Assembly: GCA_024224665.1 (NCBI GenBank) | Contig: JAAENG010000331.1 | Span: forward strand, 1-58,753 | Direction of reading: 5' to 3' | Length of the DNA stretch: 58,753 bases | Origin: Chloroflexota bacterium | GTDB lineage: Bacteria > Chloroflexota > Anaerolineae > J102 | Shown here: positions 1 through 8,765 of the stretch, one piece after another | Layout of the letters: each line of letters begins with the position of its first letter | How positions within the stretch are numbered: the first letter of the stretch is position 1 | Position numbers and translations under genes: made by a program | Notes under the pieces: model-generated | Databases searched by the model: none | What the model was told of the DNA's origin: nothing | Seen by the model: the letters and a program-made list of their open reading frames with translations, nothing else

Positions 1-172
1 CGACGAATTCCATTCGGTTCGTGGAAACGCCATAATTGTAAAGGGGACAAGTACTCAGAATGAACCATGCCAAATTCTGAAAGATCCTCACATTTATGTT
101 CTGCGAATGCTTATCTGCATGCCAGCCTCTTTGCTAATCCCATATCTGGCAGCATAAAATATCCTGCTAACC

Positions 173-396
173 CCGACCACGCAACCACCAACCCCCGACC
201 ACGCGACCACGCGACCACCCGACCACCCGACCACGCGACCACCCGACCACCCGACCACCCGACCACGCGACCACGCGACCACCAACCCCCGACCACCCGA
301 CCACGCGACCACCAACCCCCGACCACGCGACCACGCGACCACCCGACCACGCGACCACGCGACCACCCGACCACGCGACCACGCGACCTCCAACCC
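173..396. repeat. Tandem 8-bp repeat array, unit CGACCAC[G/C], roughly 28 units with occasional AACCCC-type variants
   Basis: Read directly: cgaccacg/cgaccacc units run without interruption from ~173 to ~396 and end 4 nt before the ATG at 400. ORFs are open on both strands across it (67..2382+, 94..411-, 111..440-, 167..424-), as expected for a non-triplet repeat. Confidence 0.9.
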
Positions 397-399
397 CTG

Positions 400-2382
400 A
401 TGCCACGCCAATCACGCCGCCCACTCACATTCTGGGCCATTGCTATTTTGATACTGCTCGCCGCCTGGGCGCTACGCCTCCATCGCCTGGATATTCAGGA
501 CATCTGGTGGGATGAAGCACGCAATATCGATGTTGCAACGCGGCCATTGACGCATATTGCCAACGCGCCCGAGCTGGATATCCATCCACCGCTCTATTTC
601 TATGGGCTGCATGCCTGGGCACAAGCGACGACAACCGTCGCCTTCACAACACGTTTTTTCAGCGTCTGGTTTGGTATACTCACCGTAGCCTTTGTCTATC
701 AACTGGGGCGAGGACTGGGGCGAGGACTTGGACGAGGAAAGTGGGGAAAGACGACAGCCGTTCTGGCGATGATGATGGCTGCGTTTGCGCCTTACGCCCT
801 GGCAGAAGCACAAGAGACCAGGATGTACACGGTGTCTTGGGCGATTCTGGCAGCGGGCATGTTGGCATTGTGGCGGGCACTACGCCATCCTGCCACCGAT
901 CTTCGCCAGCAGGTGAAGGGCTGGGGTCCTTTCGTCTTGTTGATAGCAATGGCATTGCTCACCCATTATGCCACGGCGATCATTTTAGCCGCCTGGGGGC
1001 TGTGGCTGCTGGCATGGGCACTGCTTGGGCCAGATCGATGGTCGAGATTGAAAACAGGGGTCGTGATAGGTATCGCCGTCCTCCTCTTGTGTCTGCCGGT
1101 TCTGCCCATTGCCCTACGCCAAATTCCTGGTTACGACAACCCCAACCTGATATTACCCGACCTTTGGCACTATCTCAGCCAACTCTATCGCGCCTTCATA
1201 ATGGGTGAAACCGTGCCCGAGTCTGGGTGGCAGTATGGGCGATGGCTTTGGGCCCTGCTGTTGGGGATTGGGGCATTGCTCTGGATGGGGAAACAGGCAC
1301 GCCGGCGGGTCGTCAACCAGCATTGGACGCTTCTGCTGGTGTGGTTGCTGGGCGGTCTTGCGATCTTCTATTTGATTCTCGTCGCCCGGTCGGCTTTCAA
1401 TCCCCGGTACATCAGTTTTGTCCTTCCCCCTTTATGGGCGCTCAGTGGCTGGGCATTAGCGGGTTGGGGACGTGTATGGCGCCCGCTTCCATGGCTAATT
1501 GCGATCTTGCTCCTGGCCTTAGGTATACCCTCACTGCGCGCCGATCTCTATGATCCCACTTTTTTCCGTGAAGATGCCAGTGGTGTTGTCAACTATCTTG
1601 AGGTACAGGCTGGCCCGGATGACATCATTCTCGTGGATCAGCGCTATCCTCTGGGGCTCTACCTCGAGCGCTGGAACAACGATTTCTATGGACATCCTCC
1701 CGACGAACCCGGGGATGTGGCGCCTGCCCAATATCTGTTTGTCGATATGACCCATGACGACGACCGGCGCATCGACCGGCGTCTGACCGAGCTGGCGGGG
1801 GATGCGCGAAAGGTTTTTTGGGTCACCTGGTTTGAATCGGACATGGACCCAAGAGGAGCGGTGAAAGCGCTGCTAAATACAGGTGGCGAACGCATCGATT
1901 CCCAGGAATTCAGGGGGTACAGAATTCAGATTTGGGAACTATCACCACCCAGCCGCTATCAACTGGCGCCGGAATTCACACCCCTGGATATCAGCATTGG
2001 CGCCGACATAACGCTCGTAGAGGGGGATTGGTCAGGCCGAACAGCACCCCAACTACCGCTCGGGCGTACCCTGGTTACTTTGCGCTGGCAAATGCATCAA
2101 CCATCAGCGCGAGCAATAAAAGTCTCCGTGCGCCTGAAGGATGAGAGCGGCGCCACAGTCGACCAAAAAGATCGTCTACTTATCAACGATCTGCATCATC
2201 GCAGCAATGCCTGGACGCCAGGCGAATCAGCACTGAACGTATACAGCCTCCATACCCCTGAGATTCCTGGCGTTTACACGCTTTCTGTTGTGGTCTACGA
2301 TGAAGAGACTTTAGAAGCGATTGCAGTGAGCGAAGAGGGGGTGTCGGAAGTGGTTATTGGCACGATGACGGTCGGATCGTAA
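400..2382 (+). CDS. GT-C membrane glycosyltransferase, GT39/ArnT-like (PMT_2 type), with a C-terminal extracytoplasmic domain
   Basis: ORF 67..2382. From MPRQSRRPLTFWAIAILILLAAWALRLHRL onward it has the multi-TM layout and first-loop WWDEAR motif typical of ArnT/PMT-like enzymes. Codons 67-399 only translate the 8-bp repeat (DHATTRPP...), so the in-frame ATG at 400 is the preferred start. Confidence 0.75.
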   Translation: MPRQSRRPLTFWAIAILILLAAWALRLHRLDIQDIWWDEARNIDVATRPLTHIANAPELDIHPPLYFYGLHAWAQATTTVAFTTRFFSVWFGILTVAFVYQLGRGLGRGLGRGKWGKTTAVLAMMMAAFAPYALAEAQETRMYTVSWAILAAGMLALWRALRHPATDLRQQVKGWGPFVLLIAMALLTHYATAIILAAWGLWLLAWALLGPDRWSRLKTGVVIGIAVLLLCLPVLPIALRQIPGYDNPNLILPDLWHYLSQLYRAFIMGETVPESGWQYGRWLWALLLGIGALLWMGKQARRRVVNQHWTLLLVWLLGGLAIFYLILVARSAFNPRYISFVLPPLWALSGWALAGWGRVWRPLPWLIAILLLALGIPSLRADLYDPTFFREDASGVVNYLEVQAGPDDIILVDQRYPLGLYLERWNNDFYGHPPDEPGDVAPAQYLFVDMTHDDDRRIDRRLTELAGDARKVFWVTWFESDMDPRGAVKALLNTGGERIDSQEFRGYRIQIWELSPPSRYQLAPEFTPLDISIGADITLVEGDWSGRTAPQLPLGRTLVTLRWQMHQPSARAIKVSVRLKDESGATVDQKDRLLINDLHHRSNAWTPGESALNVYSLHTPEIPGVYTLSVVVYDEETLEAIAVSEEGVSEVVIGTMTVGS

Positions 2383-2391
2383 CTCAATGGT

Positions 2392-2871
2392 TTAGACGAT
2401 AAAAACGTCTGCGGCCACCACGCTGAAACCTTGTAATACCTTGGACGTTACGACATCATCAGGATGTTCCGTTTCGATTTGGGTTTGGTAATCATTCTCT
2501 ACCAACACCTGCAAGGCAACCGTCTCCGCCGCCGGATTGACGATCCAGTACTCTTGAATCCCGGAACGGGCATAGAGGCGCCACTTGTACCGCAAATCAT
2601 TACGCGCCGTGGAAAGTGCCAGCACCTCCACGACAAGATCCGGGGCGCCGGTAATTCGTTTTTCCCCCAGGATATCTTGCCGCGCATTTGAAACGTAAAT
2701 CAAATCAGGCTCGACAACATCATCGCCCAACACGACGTCAACCGGGGATATTAGAAGGGCGCCAAGTTGTTTTTCAATCACCCAGACACTGAAGAGCCGG
2801 TACAACTTGCCAATTACAAACTGGTGTCGAATCGATGGCGCCGCCGCCATGATGAGGTCTCCATCAAGCAC
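2392..2871 (-). CDS. Uma2-family (DUF820) endonuclease, with probable 5' frameshift or truncation
   Basis: PDLVVEVLALST...RYKWRLYARSGIQEYWIVNP matches the Uma2/PD-(D/E)xK layout. Family-like N-terminal residues (AKDYLAFLDDGKRYEVLDG) are encoded in frame upstream of the first usable start. A GGAGG-ATG at 2954 lies in another frame. Confidence 0.75.
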   Translation of the reverse strand: MLDGDLIMAAAPSIRHQFVIGKLYRLFSVWVIEKQLGALLISPVDVVLGDDVVEPDLIYVSNARQDILGEKRITGAPDLVVEVLALSTARNDLRYKWRLYARSGIQEYWIVNPAAETVALQVLVENDYQTQIETEHPDDVVTSKVLQGFSVVAADVFIV

Positions 2872-3100
2872 TTCGTACCGTTTGCCGTCGTCTAGGAATG
2901 CCAGATAATCCTTTGCCGCCAGTGAACCTTGGTTGGTGCTCCTGCAACTGCCATTTTAGCCTCCACAGTTGATAATGGTATTGCCATTTTGGCATATTAT
3001 TTGACTTTGTCACTACCGCTTTGTCAAAGCAATAGGATTGCCGCCTGCAATTCTATTTGGGCGTGCTGTTTTCTTATTATGCACCTCCAGGCACGGCAAG

Positions 3101-3422
3101 CGTTTCACGGCAATTAAGGGTGTTTCACGACAATGAGATCGCTGCATGTTATCTTGCTGTTACCCACAGTATCCCACAGTATCCCACGCTCTGATCCCAA
3201 CCGGGAATTCTGTCATCCGCTCGATTATGCATTTGGAATCCAGATAATACCATTGCCTTTTCCCACACTATCCCACATTATCCCACACTTTCGCATATAT
3301 TTGTCTAGGCGCGACCCTAGAGGCATCGTGAGCGTTCGGCCATTCAGGTGAATCTGGCAGAAACAGAGTCGCCTGCTTCCGATCAAAACGGGTGTTTCAC
3401 GATCAAAATCGTCGTTTCACGC
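3101..3422 (+). repeat. Iteron-like direct-repeat arrays in an ORF-free region
   Basis: (C/T)GTTTCACG boxes occur as two pairs with 20-bp spacing (3101-3130 and 3381-3422; the latter is a 2 x 20-bp tandem, gatcaaaaNNgNNgtttcac). T(A/T)TCCCACA boxes occur as two 3 x 10-bp tandem sets (3160-3189 and 3259-3288). All were read directly. Confidence 0.8.
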
Positions 3423-3486
3423 CGAAGGCCGCCCCATTGGCGTGTTTTGTGCAAGCTGGCTACGTCCATATTGAGACCCTCTGTGA

Positions 3487-3588
3487 CAAGGTGACATGGT
3501 GGCAAGGTGGCAAAGTGAGACCCCCCTCACCTTGCCAGATAAGAGACCAAGACTGCCAAAAGTCGTCGATGTCGACGCGATAAGCGCC
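3487..3588. repeat. 8-bp periodic array (CAAGGTG[A/G], 3487-3518) plus the left arm of a ~66-nt inverted repeat (3523-3588) ending at the mfd stop codon
   Basis: caaggtga-catggtgg-caaggtgg-caaagtga, then cccctcaccttgccagataagagaccaaga...gtcgacgcgataagcgcc. The reverse complement of 7214-7281 matches at roughly 80-85% by eye. Confidence 0.85.
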
Positions 3589-6500
3589 TAAACGCCTGCA
3601 CTGAGAATGTCGAGACTACGCAACAGGGTTGAACGCCAGGCTTCTTCTTCGTCGATGGCGATCCAGAGCGCGTCCGAACCGACTCTGGCGTCATCGCCCA
3701 TCTGGTGCTGCAGGCGCGCATGGTTCAGATGCCGCAGGGCCATGGTACGTATCACCAGTTGGTTGAGGTCCCGGCCGATGTGGCCCACACCCGCGCGCAC
3801 ACTCAATATCTTTACCTTGACCTGGAAGAGAAGGTTCTCCACCTCCTCTGGCAACTCACCAAAGCGGTCTCGCAACTCCTTGGCCATGTCATCCAGTTCA
3901 CCTACAGTGTTCAAGCCGGCGATTCGGCGGTAGAGTTGCAGGCGTAACGCTTCATCCTCTACATAGTGGGTTGGTAATCCTGCCAGGATCGGCAGATCCA
4001 ACTGCACGCTGGGGCCCAATGGTTCCACCAGCACACTGGCGTCAAAAGCGCCTTCGGGCAATTTGCCATCTTCCTTCAATTCCTCAACTGCTTGCGCCAA
4101 GAGCCTGACATACATATCGAAACCGACTGCAGCAATATGCCCATGCTGGCGAGCGCCGAGTAGTTCGCCCGCCCCTCGAATCTCGAGATCGCGCATGGCA
4201 ATGCGGAAACCAGCACCCAGATCGCTGGCCTCCTGAATCGCTTCCAGACGGCGTCTTGCTTCAGGACTTAAGGTTTTGTGCTTGTCATAAAGCAGATAGG
4301 CGTAAGCCCGTACGGCGCCACGACCGACCCGACCGCGCAGTTGGTACAACTGTGCCAGACCAAATCGGTCGGCGCGATTGATGATAATGGTGTTGACGTT
4401 GGGGATATCCAAACCACTCTCGATGATGGTTGTGCAGACGAGTACGTCGAACTCACCGCCGGCAAAGGTCAGCATGGTTTTTTCTAACGCCCGTTCTGGC
4501 ATCTGACCATGGCCTACATCCACAAGCGCTTCCGGTACGATCTTACGAATGCGGTTGGCGATCTGCTCGATACCCTGCACACGATTATGCACGACAAACA
4601 CCTGGCCGTTACGGTCGAGTTCACGTAAAATGGCATTGCGGATGAGGGTTTCGTCGTAAAAACTGACCGTTGTCCGGATAGGCAGCCGTTCTGCGGGTGG
4701 CGTATCGATTGTACTCAGATCGCGCACGCCGGTCAGGCTCATGTACAGGGTGCGGGGGATGGGCGTTGCCGTCAGGGTGAGCACATCGACCTGGGCTCGT
4801 AACTGCTTGATACGTTCCTTGTGACGAACACCAAAGCGCTGTTCTTCATCGATCACCAGCAATCCCAAATTCTTGAATTCGACATCTTTGGAGAGCAGAC
4901 GATGTGTTCCGATCACGACATCGACAGAGCCCTCAGCCATGCCGCCAAGTGTCTTGTGCTGTTGTCCGCGAGTGCGGAAACGAGAGAGCATCTGCACTTC
5001 GACCGGAAAGGCGCTCAGGCGTTCGTTAAAGGTCTGGTAGTGTTGCTGGGCCAGGATAGTGGTGGGGACAAGTATGGCTACTTGTTTGCTGTCCATGATC
5101 GCCTTGAATGCCGCGCGCAGAGCCACCTCGGTTTTACCATACCCCACATCGCCACAAACCAGCCGATCCATGGGACGGCCCCGTTCCATGTCATCTTTTA
5201 TTGCTTCGATGGCTACCAGCTGATCCTCGGTCTCGACATAAGGGAAGGAGGATTCCAGCTCAGATTGCCATTCGGTGTCAGGGCTGAAAGCGTAGCCGGG
5301 CATGGCATCTCGTCGGGCGTAGAGCGCCAATAGATCTTCGGCGATATCTGCGACTGCCTTTTTGGCCCGGGCTTTGACCTGCCCCCAATCCGCCGTACCC
5401 AGGCGATTGAGCTTCGGCGCGGCATCGCCAGGGCCGACATAACGAGCCAGGCGATCGGCCTGATGCACCGGCACATAGAGGCGATCGGTCTGGGCGTAGT
5501 CGACATGCAGGTAATCACGTGAGACGCCATCGATCTCGATCTTGATCAAGCCCATGAAACGGCCCATGCCATGTTCCATGTGCACGACATAATCGCCGGG
5601 GTGGATATCGGCGAAAAAAGACTCGGGCGCGGCCGCGCGTGGCCGTCTGCTACGCCGCCGTCTCGCTTTACCCCAGCCGAAGATCTCGGCGTCCGTTAGA
5701 AACGTCAACTCACCATCTCTGTAATTAAAACGCCAGCCCTCATCGAATTGTCCTTGAATCAGGCTGATCGATTGCGCCGGCGGAACCTCTGATAACTTCG
5801 ACTGAACACCGACCAGGGTATCCTCTTCATGGAAGAGATCAGAGAGGCGCGCGGCCTGGCGGGTAACGAGCACCACACGATTGCCGGATGCATGCATCGA
5901 TTCGACCTGCTGCAGCACACGTCGCAATTGGCCGCCCCAGCGAGGACCGGGCGTAAAGGCTCGGCCCAGGGCAGATCCGACACTGGTGCTATGTCCATCC
6001 AATTTGCCCTGGCCAAGGACCAACGGTTGCAGTCCCTCGAGCTGAGGGCGCAATTCCCCCCAGAGGGTGATGGCCCGACCAAAGCCAGGGGGCAAGTCAC
6101 CACTTTTGATCAGATCTTTTTCCACTTGCAACGCCTGACCTTGTAAATCAAGTGCCACCGCCGCTACATCTGCTGCGGCATCGATCAGGGTCAGGGAACC
6201 CGCAGGCAGGTAATCGAGCAAGGTGGCCGGTTTCTCGTAGAGATAGGGTAAATAGAACTCGACGCCACGGAATGCCGTCCCCCCCGCCAGATGGTCGCTG
6301 TCGCGCTCGAAATCAAATTGTGCCGGGGGATGGCAGCCTTCCATGTCGAGTGCCTGGATAGCTGCGGCTGCGGCTGCACCTCTCTCGAGGATCGCCTCGC
6401 TGCCCGGGCCGATCACCACACGGTCGAGCAAGGCGCCCGCTTGGGTACGCTGGGAGGAGGGATCAAAGCGACGCAGGCTATCGATTTCATCTCCCCACAA

Positions 6501-7172
6501 TTCGATACGCACCGGATACGGTTCGTTTGGCGGCCAGATATCGATGATGCCGCCCCGCCGGCTGAAGACGCCCGGCTCCTCCACCAGTGCTTCATGCCGG
6601 TAACCTGCCTTGAGCCAACGCAATAGCAGATCCTGTAATTCGATGATGTCGTTGAGGCGCAGCGCCCGCTGATAACGTTTGAACAGGGCAGGAGGTGCGG
6701 TTTGTTGCATCAATGCCCGCACCGAGCTGATCACAACAGGCGGATGTGAACTCGCGCTACCAGGCTTACCCCAAGCAACCAAGGCCGATAAGGCGGCCAG
6801 CCGTGCCTGTTTTGATTCTCTGGTCCAGGCAATTCGTTCGAAGGGCAGGGCATCAGGATCGGCGAAAAACCGCACCCGGTCCATGCCGTCGCCCAACCAG
6901 GTACGCAGCTGATCTGCCAGCAGTTTCGCCGTCTCGACCTTTGCGGTGATGAGCACCACCGGCTGTTGCCACTCCTCTACCAGTGCTGCAGTGACATAAC
7001 TGCGCGCCGGCGCGACCACACCCAGGGGATGTCCTGGCCGATCGCCCCCCGCCAAAGTCTGGGCTAGCTCATGAAAGGGATCGAAGCGGCGCAGTGCCGG
7101 AACCAGACCCTGCAGGTTGAGCTGGTGAGCGATTTCAGTTGGGGTTACTGCCGGGGGTGCCTCGAGTGCCAC
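3588..7172 (-). CDS. mfd: Transcription-repair coupling factor
   Basis: 1194 aa. Contains the SF2 helicase motifs [16 protein letters not shown] and [10 protein letters not shown], the TRCF/CarD-like segment ([14 protein letters not shown]), and an UvrB-homology N-terminus. Lies directly downstream of pth, as in many bacteria. Confidence 0.97.
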   Translation of the reverse strand: MALEAPPAVTPTEIAHQLNLQGLVPALRRFDPFHELAQTLAGGDRPGHPLGVVAPARSYVTAALVEEWQQPVVLITAKVETAKLLADQLRTWLGDGMDRVRFFADPDALPFERIAWTRESKQARLAALSALVAWGKPGSASSHPPVVISSVRALMQQTAPPALFKRYQRALRLNDIIELQDLLLRWLKAGYRHEALVEEPGVFSRRGGIIDIWPPNEPYPVRIELWGDEIDSLRRFDPSSQRTQAGALLDRVVIGPGSEAILERGAAAAAAIQALDMEGCHPPAQFDFERDSDHLAGGTAFRGVEFYLPYLYEKPATLLDYLPAGSLTLIDAAADVAAVALDLQGQALQVEKDLIKSGDLPPGFGRAITLWGELRPQLEGLQPLVLGQGKLDGHSTSVGSALGRAFTPGPRWGGQLRRVLQQVESMHASGNRVVLVTRQAARLSDLFHEEDTLVGVQSKLSEVPPAQSISLIQGQFDEGWRFNYRDGELTFLTDAEIFGWGKARRRRSRRPRAAAPESFFADIHPGDYVVHMEHGMGRFMGLIKIEIDGVSRDYLHVDYAQTDRLYVPVHQADRLARYVGPGDAAPKLNRLGTADWGQVKARAKKAVADIAEDLLALYARRDAMPGYAFSPDTEWQSELESSFPYVETEDQLVAIEAIKDDMERGRPMDRLVCGDVGYGKTEVALRAAFKAIMDSKQVAILVPTTILAQQHYQTFNERLSAFPVEVQMLSRFRTRGQQHKTLGGMAEGSVDVVIGTHRLLSKDVEFKNLGLLVIDEEQRFGVRHKERIKQLRAQVDVLTLTATPIPRTLYMSLTGVRDLSTIDTPPAERLPIRTTVSFYDETLIRNAILRELDRNGQVFVVHNRVQGIEQIANRIRKIVPEALVDVGHGQMPERALEKTMLTFAGGEFDVLVCTTIIESGLDIPNVNTIIINRADRFGLAQLYQLRGRVGRGAVRAYAYLLYDKHKTLSPEARRRLEAIQEASDLGAGFRIAMRDLEIRGAGELLGARQHGHIAAVGFDMYVRLLAQAVEELKEDGKLPEGAFDASVLVEPLGPSVQLDLPILAGLPTHYVEDEALRLQLYRRIAGLNTVGELDDMAKELRDRFGELPEEVENLLFQVKVKILSVRAGVGHIGRDLNQLVIRTMALRHLNHARLQHQMGDDARVGSDALWIAIDEEEAWRSTLLRSLDILSAGV

Positions 7173-7213
7173 GTGGATTTAAATGTGTACGAGTGTGGGG
7201 TAGGCGAACGTTT

Positions 7214-7300
7214 GGCGCTTACGGCGTCGACATTGACAACTTTATGTCGATCTTGGTCTCTTATCTGACAAGGTGAAGGGGCGACAAGGTGGCAAGGTGA
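7214..7300. repeat. Right arm of the mfd-flanking inverted repeat (7214-7281), overlapping a direct copy of the CAAGGTG[A/G] 8-mer array (7269-7300)
   Basis: ggcgcttacggcgtcgac...tcttggtctcttatctgacaaggtgaagggg, followed by cgacaaggtggcaaggtga. Located in the pth-mfd intergenic region, 42 nt upstream of the mfd start. Confidence 0.85.
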
Positions 7301-7318
7301 TCACTTCAGCAAACATTT

Positions 7319-7951
7319 TCAACCATTGATATTAAACTCATTCATTGCAGTGTCGATATCTGTCTCTATCCAGCGTTCTAAGGCCCTGATGGCTCGAACA
7401 CGTGCCTGCATCATGATCTCTTCCTCTGCCTTGGAAAAATTTTGTAACACATAGGCGGCCGGATCCATGCGCCCGGGAGGGCGGTCGATACCGACGCGCA
7501 AGCGGGGGAACTGGTTATCGCCGAGTCGTTGTATGATCGATTTCATGCCGTTGTGGCCACCAGCCCCACCAAAGGGACGCAGCCGCAACTTGCCGGTAGG
7601 GAGATCGAGATCGTCGTAGATCACGATGAGGTTTGTGAGATCGACTTTGTAATAAGCCGCAAGGGGTTGCACAGAGGCGCCACTGCGGTTCATGTAATCC
7701 ATTGGCTTGACCAACAGGACGCGTACATCACCGATATGGCCGCCGGCAACTCGTGCTTTATGCTGTCGTTTAGCAAAAGAAAGATCATGTGATTCCGCCA
7801 GTTCATCTACGATCTGGAAGCCGATGTTGTGCCGATTATTAGCATAACGCGCGTCCGGATTGCCCAGGCCGGCGATCATGTACATAGGCTCATCGCAGTC
7901 GTCTTCACTGAAGCGAGAAAGGCTCTGCCGCAGCCGCTCGAGAAGAGACAT
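7319..7951 (-). CDS. pth: Peptidyl-tRNA hydrolase
   Basis: The MIAGLGNPDARYANNRHNIGF motif and overall length match Pth. The true start may instead be the internal MYM at ~7888/7882. Confidence 0.93.
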   Translation of the reverse strand: MSLLERLRQSLSRFSEDDCDEPMYMIAGLGNPDARYANNRHNIGFQIVDELAESHDLSFAKRQHKARVAGGHIGDVRVLLVKPMDYMNRSGASVQPLAAYYKVDLTNLIVIYDDLDLPTGKLRLRPFGGAGGHNGMKSIIQRLGDNQFPRLRVGIDRPPGRMDPAAYVLQNFSKAEEEIMMQARVRAIRALERWIETDIDTAMNEFNING

Positions 7952-7960
7952 CCTGTTTGC

Positions 7961-8665
7961 CTAACTTGCCAGGTAGCGGTAGTAGAGCCATGTGAGAAGA
8001 TACTTCACGGCGAAGAAGAAGCCGACGATGAGGAAAACGATAAGCACTGTGCGAGCGCCGCGGCCAAAGGCATCTAAAGTACGTTCACCAAGCGAAGCGA
8101 GGGAATCGCTGCCATCGCCGCCGTCCTCTGCCCCAGGCGCTACACCATCCCCTGGTGTGGGGGTGTCATCTGGGGAGGGCGTTGGGGTTGGGATGTCCGG
8201 GGTCAGTACGACGGGCGTAGCCGTGGCTGGTTTTGGCGTTGGGGTGACGGTTGGCGTTGGGGTGATGGCGGTTTCATCGACTGTGGGAGTTGGTGTGGGA
8301 CCTGAATTGCTCACCAATGCCCGTTGCACCTGGAATTCGTCATAGTTGCCGTCACGTTTTACCAGGCGCAGGCGCAGTGTATAGGTGCCATCTGGAACCG
8401 TGTTGGTATCCCAGCGGCCCAAGACACCGTTGAAAACCGGCGTTTCACTGACGCCGATGTTAAACCAGTTCTGCGTACCAAAGGGTGCTGCTGCCAGCTC
8501 GTATTTCCAGAATTCGGGATGATCCGCCGTGCCGAGTACCTGGATGATACCGCGCAAGACCTCTGTTTCAGGAGGATAAGAAATACCCGATTGTGCCTGG
8601 ATCGGGGAGATTCCCAGTGCCAGGATGGCCAAACTAAGCAAGAGGGGGAAGATGCGTTTCAACAT
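7961..8665 (-). CDS. Hypothetical secreted protein with a Pro/Thr-rich linker and a C-terminal TM anchor
   Basis: ORF 7961..8725. An internal start gives the signal peptide MLKRIFPLLLSLAILALGISPIQA. This is followed by a beta-rich domain, a PTPTPT linker, and a C-terminal hydrophobic helix (VLIVFLIVGFFFAV). Confidence 0.5.
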   Translation of the reverse strand: MLKRIFPLLLSLAILALGISPIQAQSGISYPPETEVLRGIIQVLGTADHPEFWKYELAAAPFGTQNWFNIGVSETPVFNGVLGRWDTNTVPDGTYTLRLRLVKRDGNYDEFQVQRALVSNSGPTPTPTVDETAITPTPTVTPTPKPATATPVVLTPDIPTPTPSPDDTPTPGDGVAPGAEDGGDGSDSLASLGERTLDAFGRGARTVLIVFLIVGFFFAVKYLLTWLYYRYLAS

Positions 8666-8765
8666 AGGTCGCTGCCAGTTAGGCGGTGGAGTGTGGACGG
8701 GCCAGGGGGAGTCGCGTGACCACAACCGTTTAGTTTAACATAGGCGTCGGATGTGGCAAAAAGAT

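Noticed and set aside
173-396. Possible CRISPR array
   Set aside because: The unit is only 8 bp, there are no unique spacers, and no cas genes are present. It is a simple tandem repeat.
94-440. Three antisense ORFs (85-109 aa) of WSRGRVV-type repeats, and the N-terminal extension of ORF 67..2382
   Set aside because: They are translations of the 8-bp tandem array in different frames. There is no independent coding evidence, and low-complexity repeats keep all frames open.
3133-3351. 72-aa ORF inside the iteron region
   Set aside because: It is composed of translated repeat boxes (SHSIPRS, LSHIIPH) and has no SD. It is more plausibly non-coding.
2955-3486. Calling this region the chromosomal replication origin (oriC)
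   Set aside because: The boxes differ from the canonical DnaA box by an extra C. No dnaA, dnaN or other origin-linked genes are adjacent. The flanking genes are co-oriented rather than divergent. It is kept only as a hypothesis in the findings.
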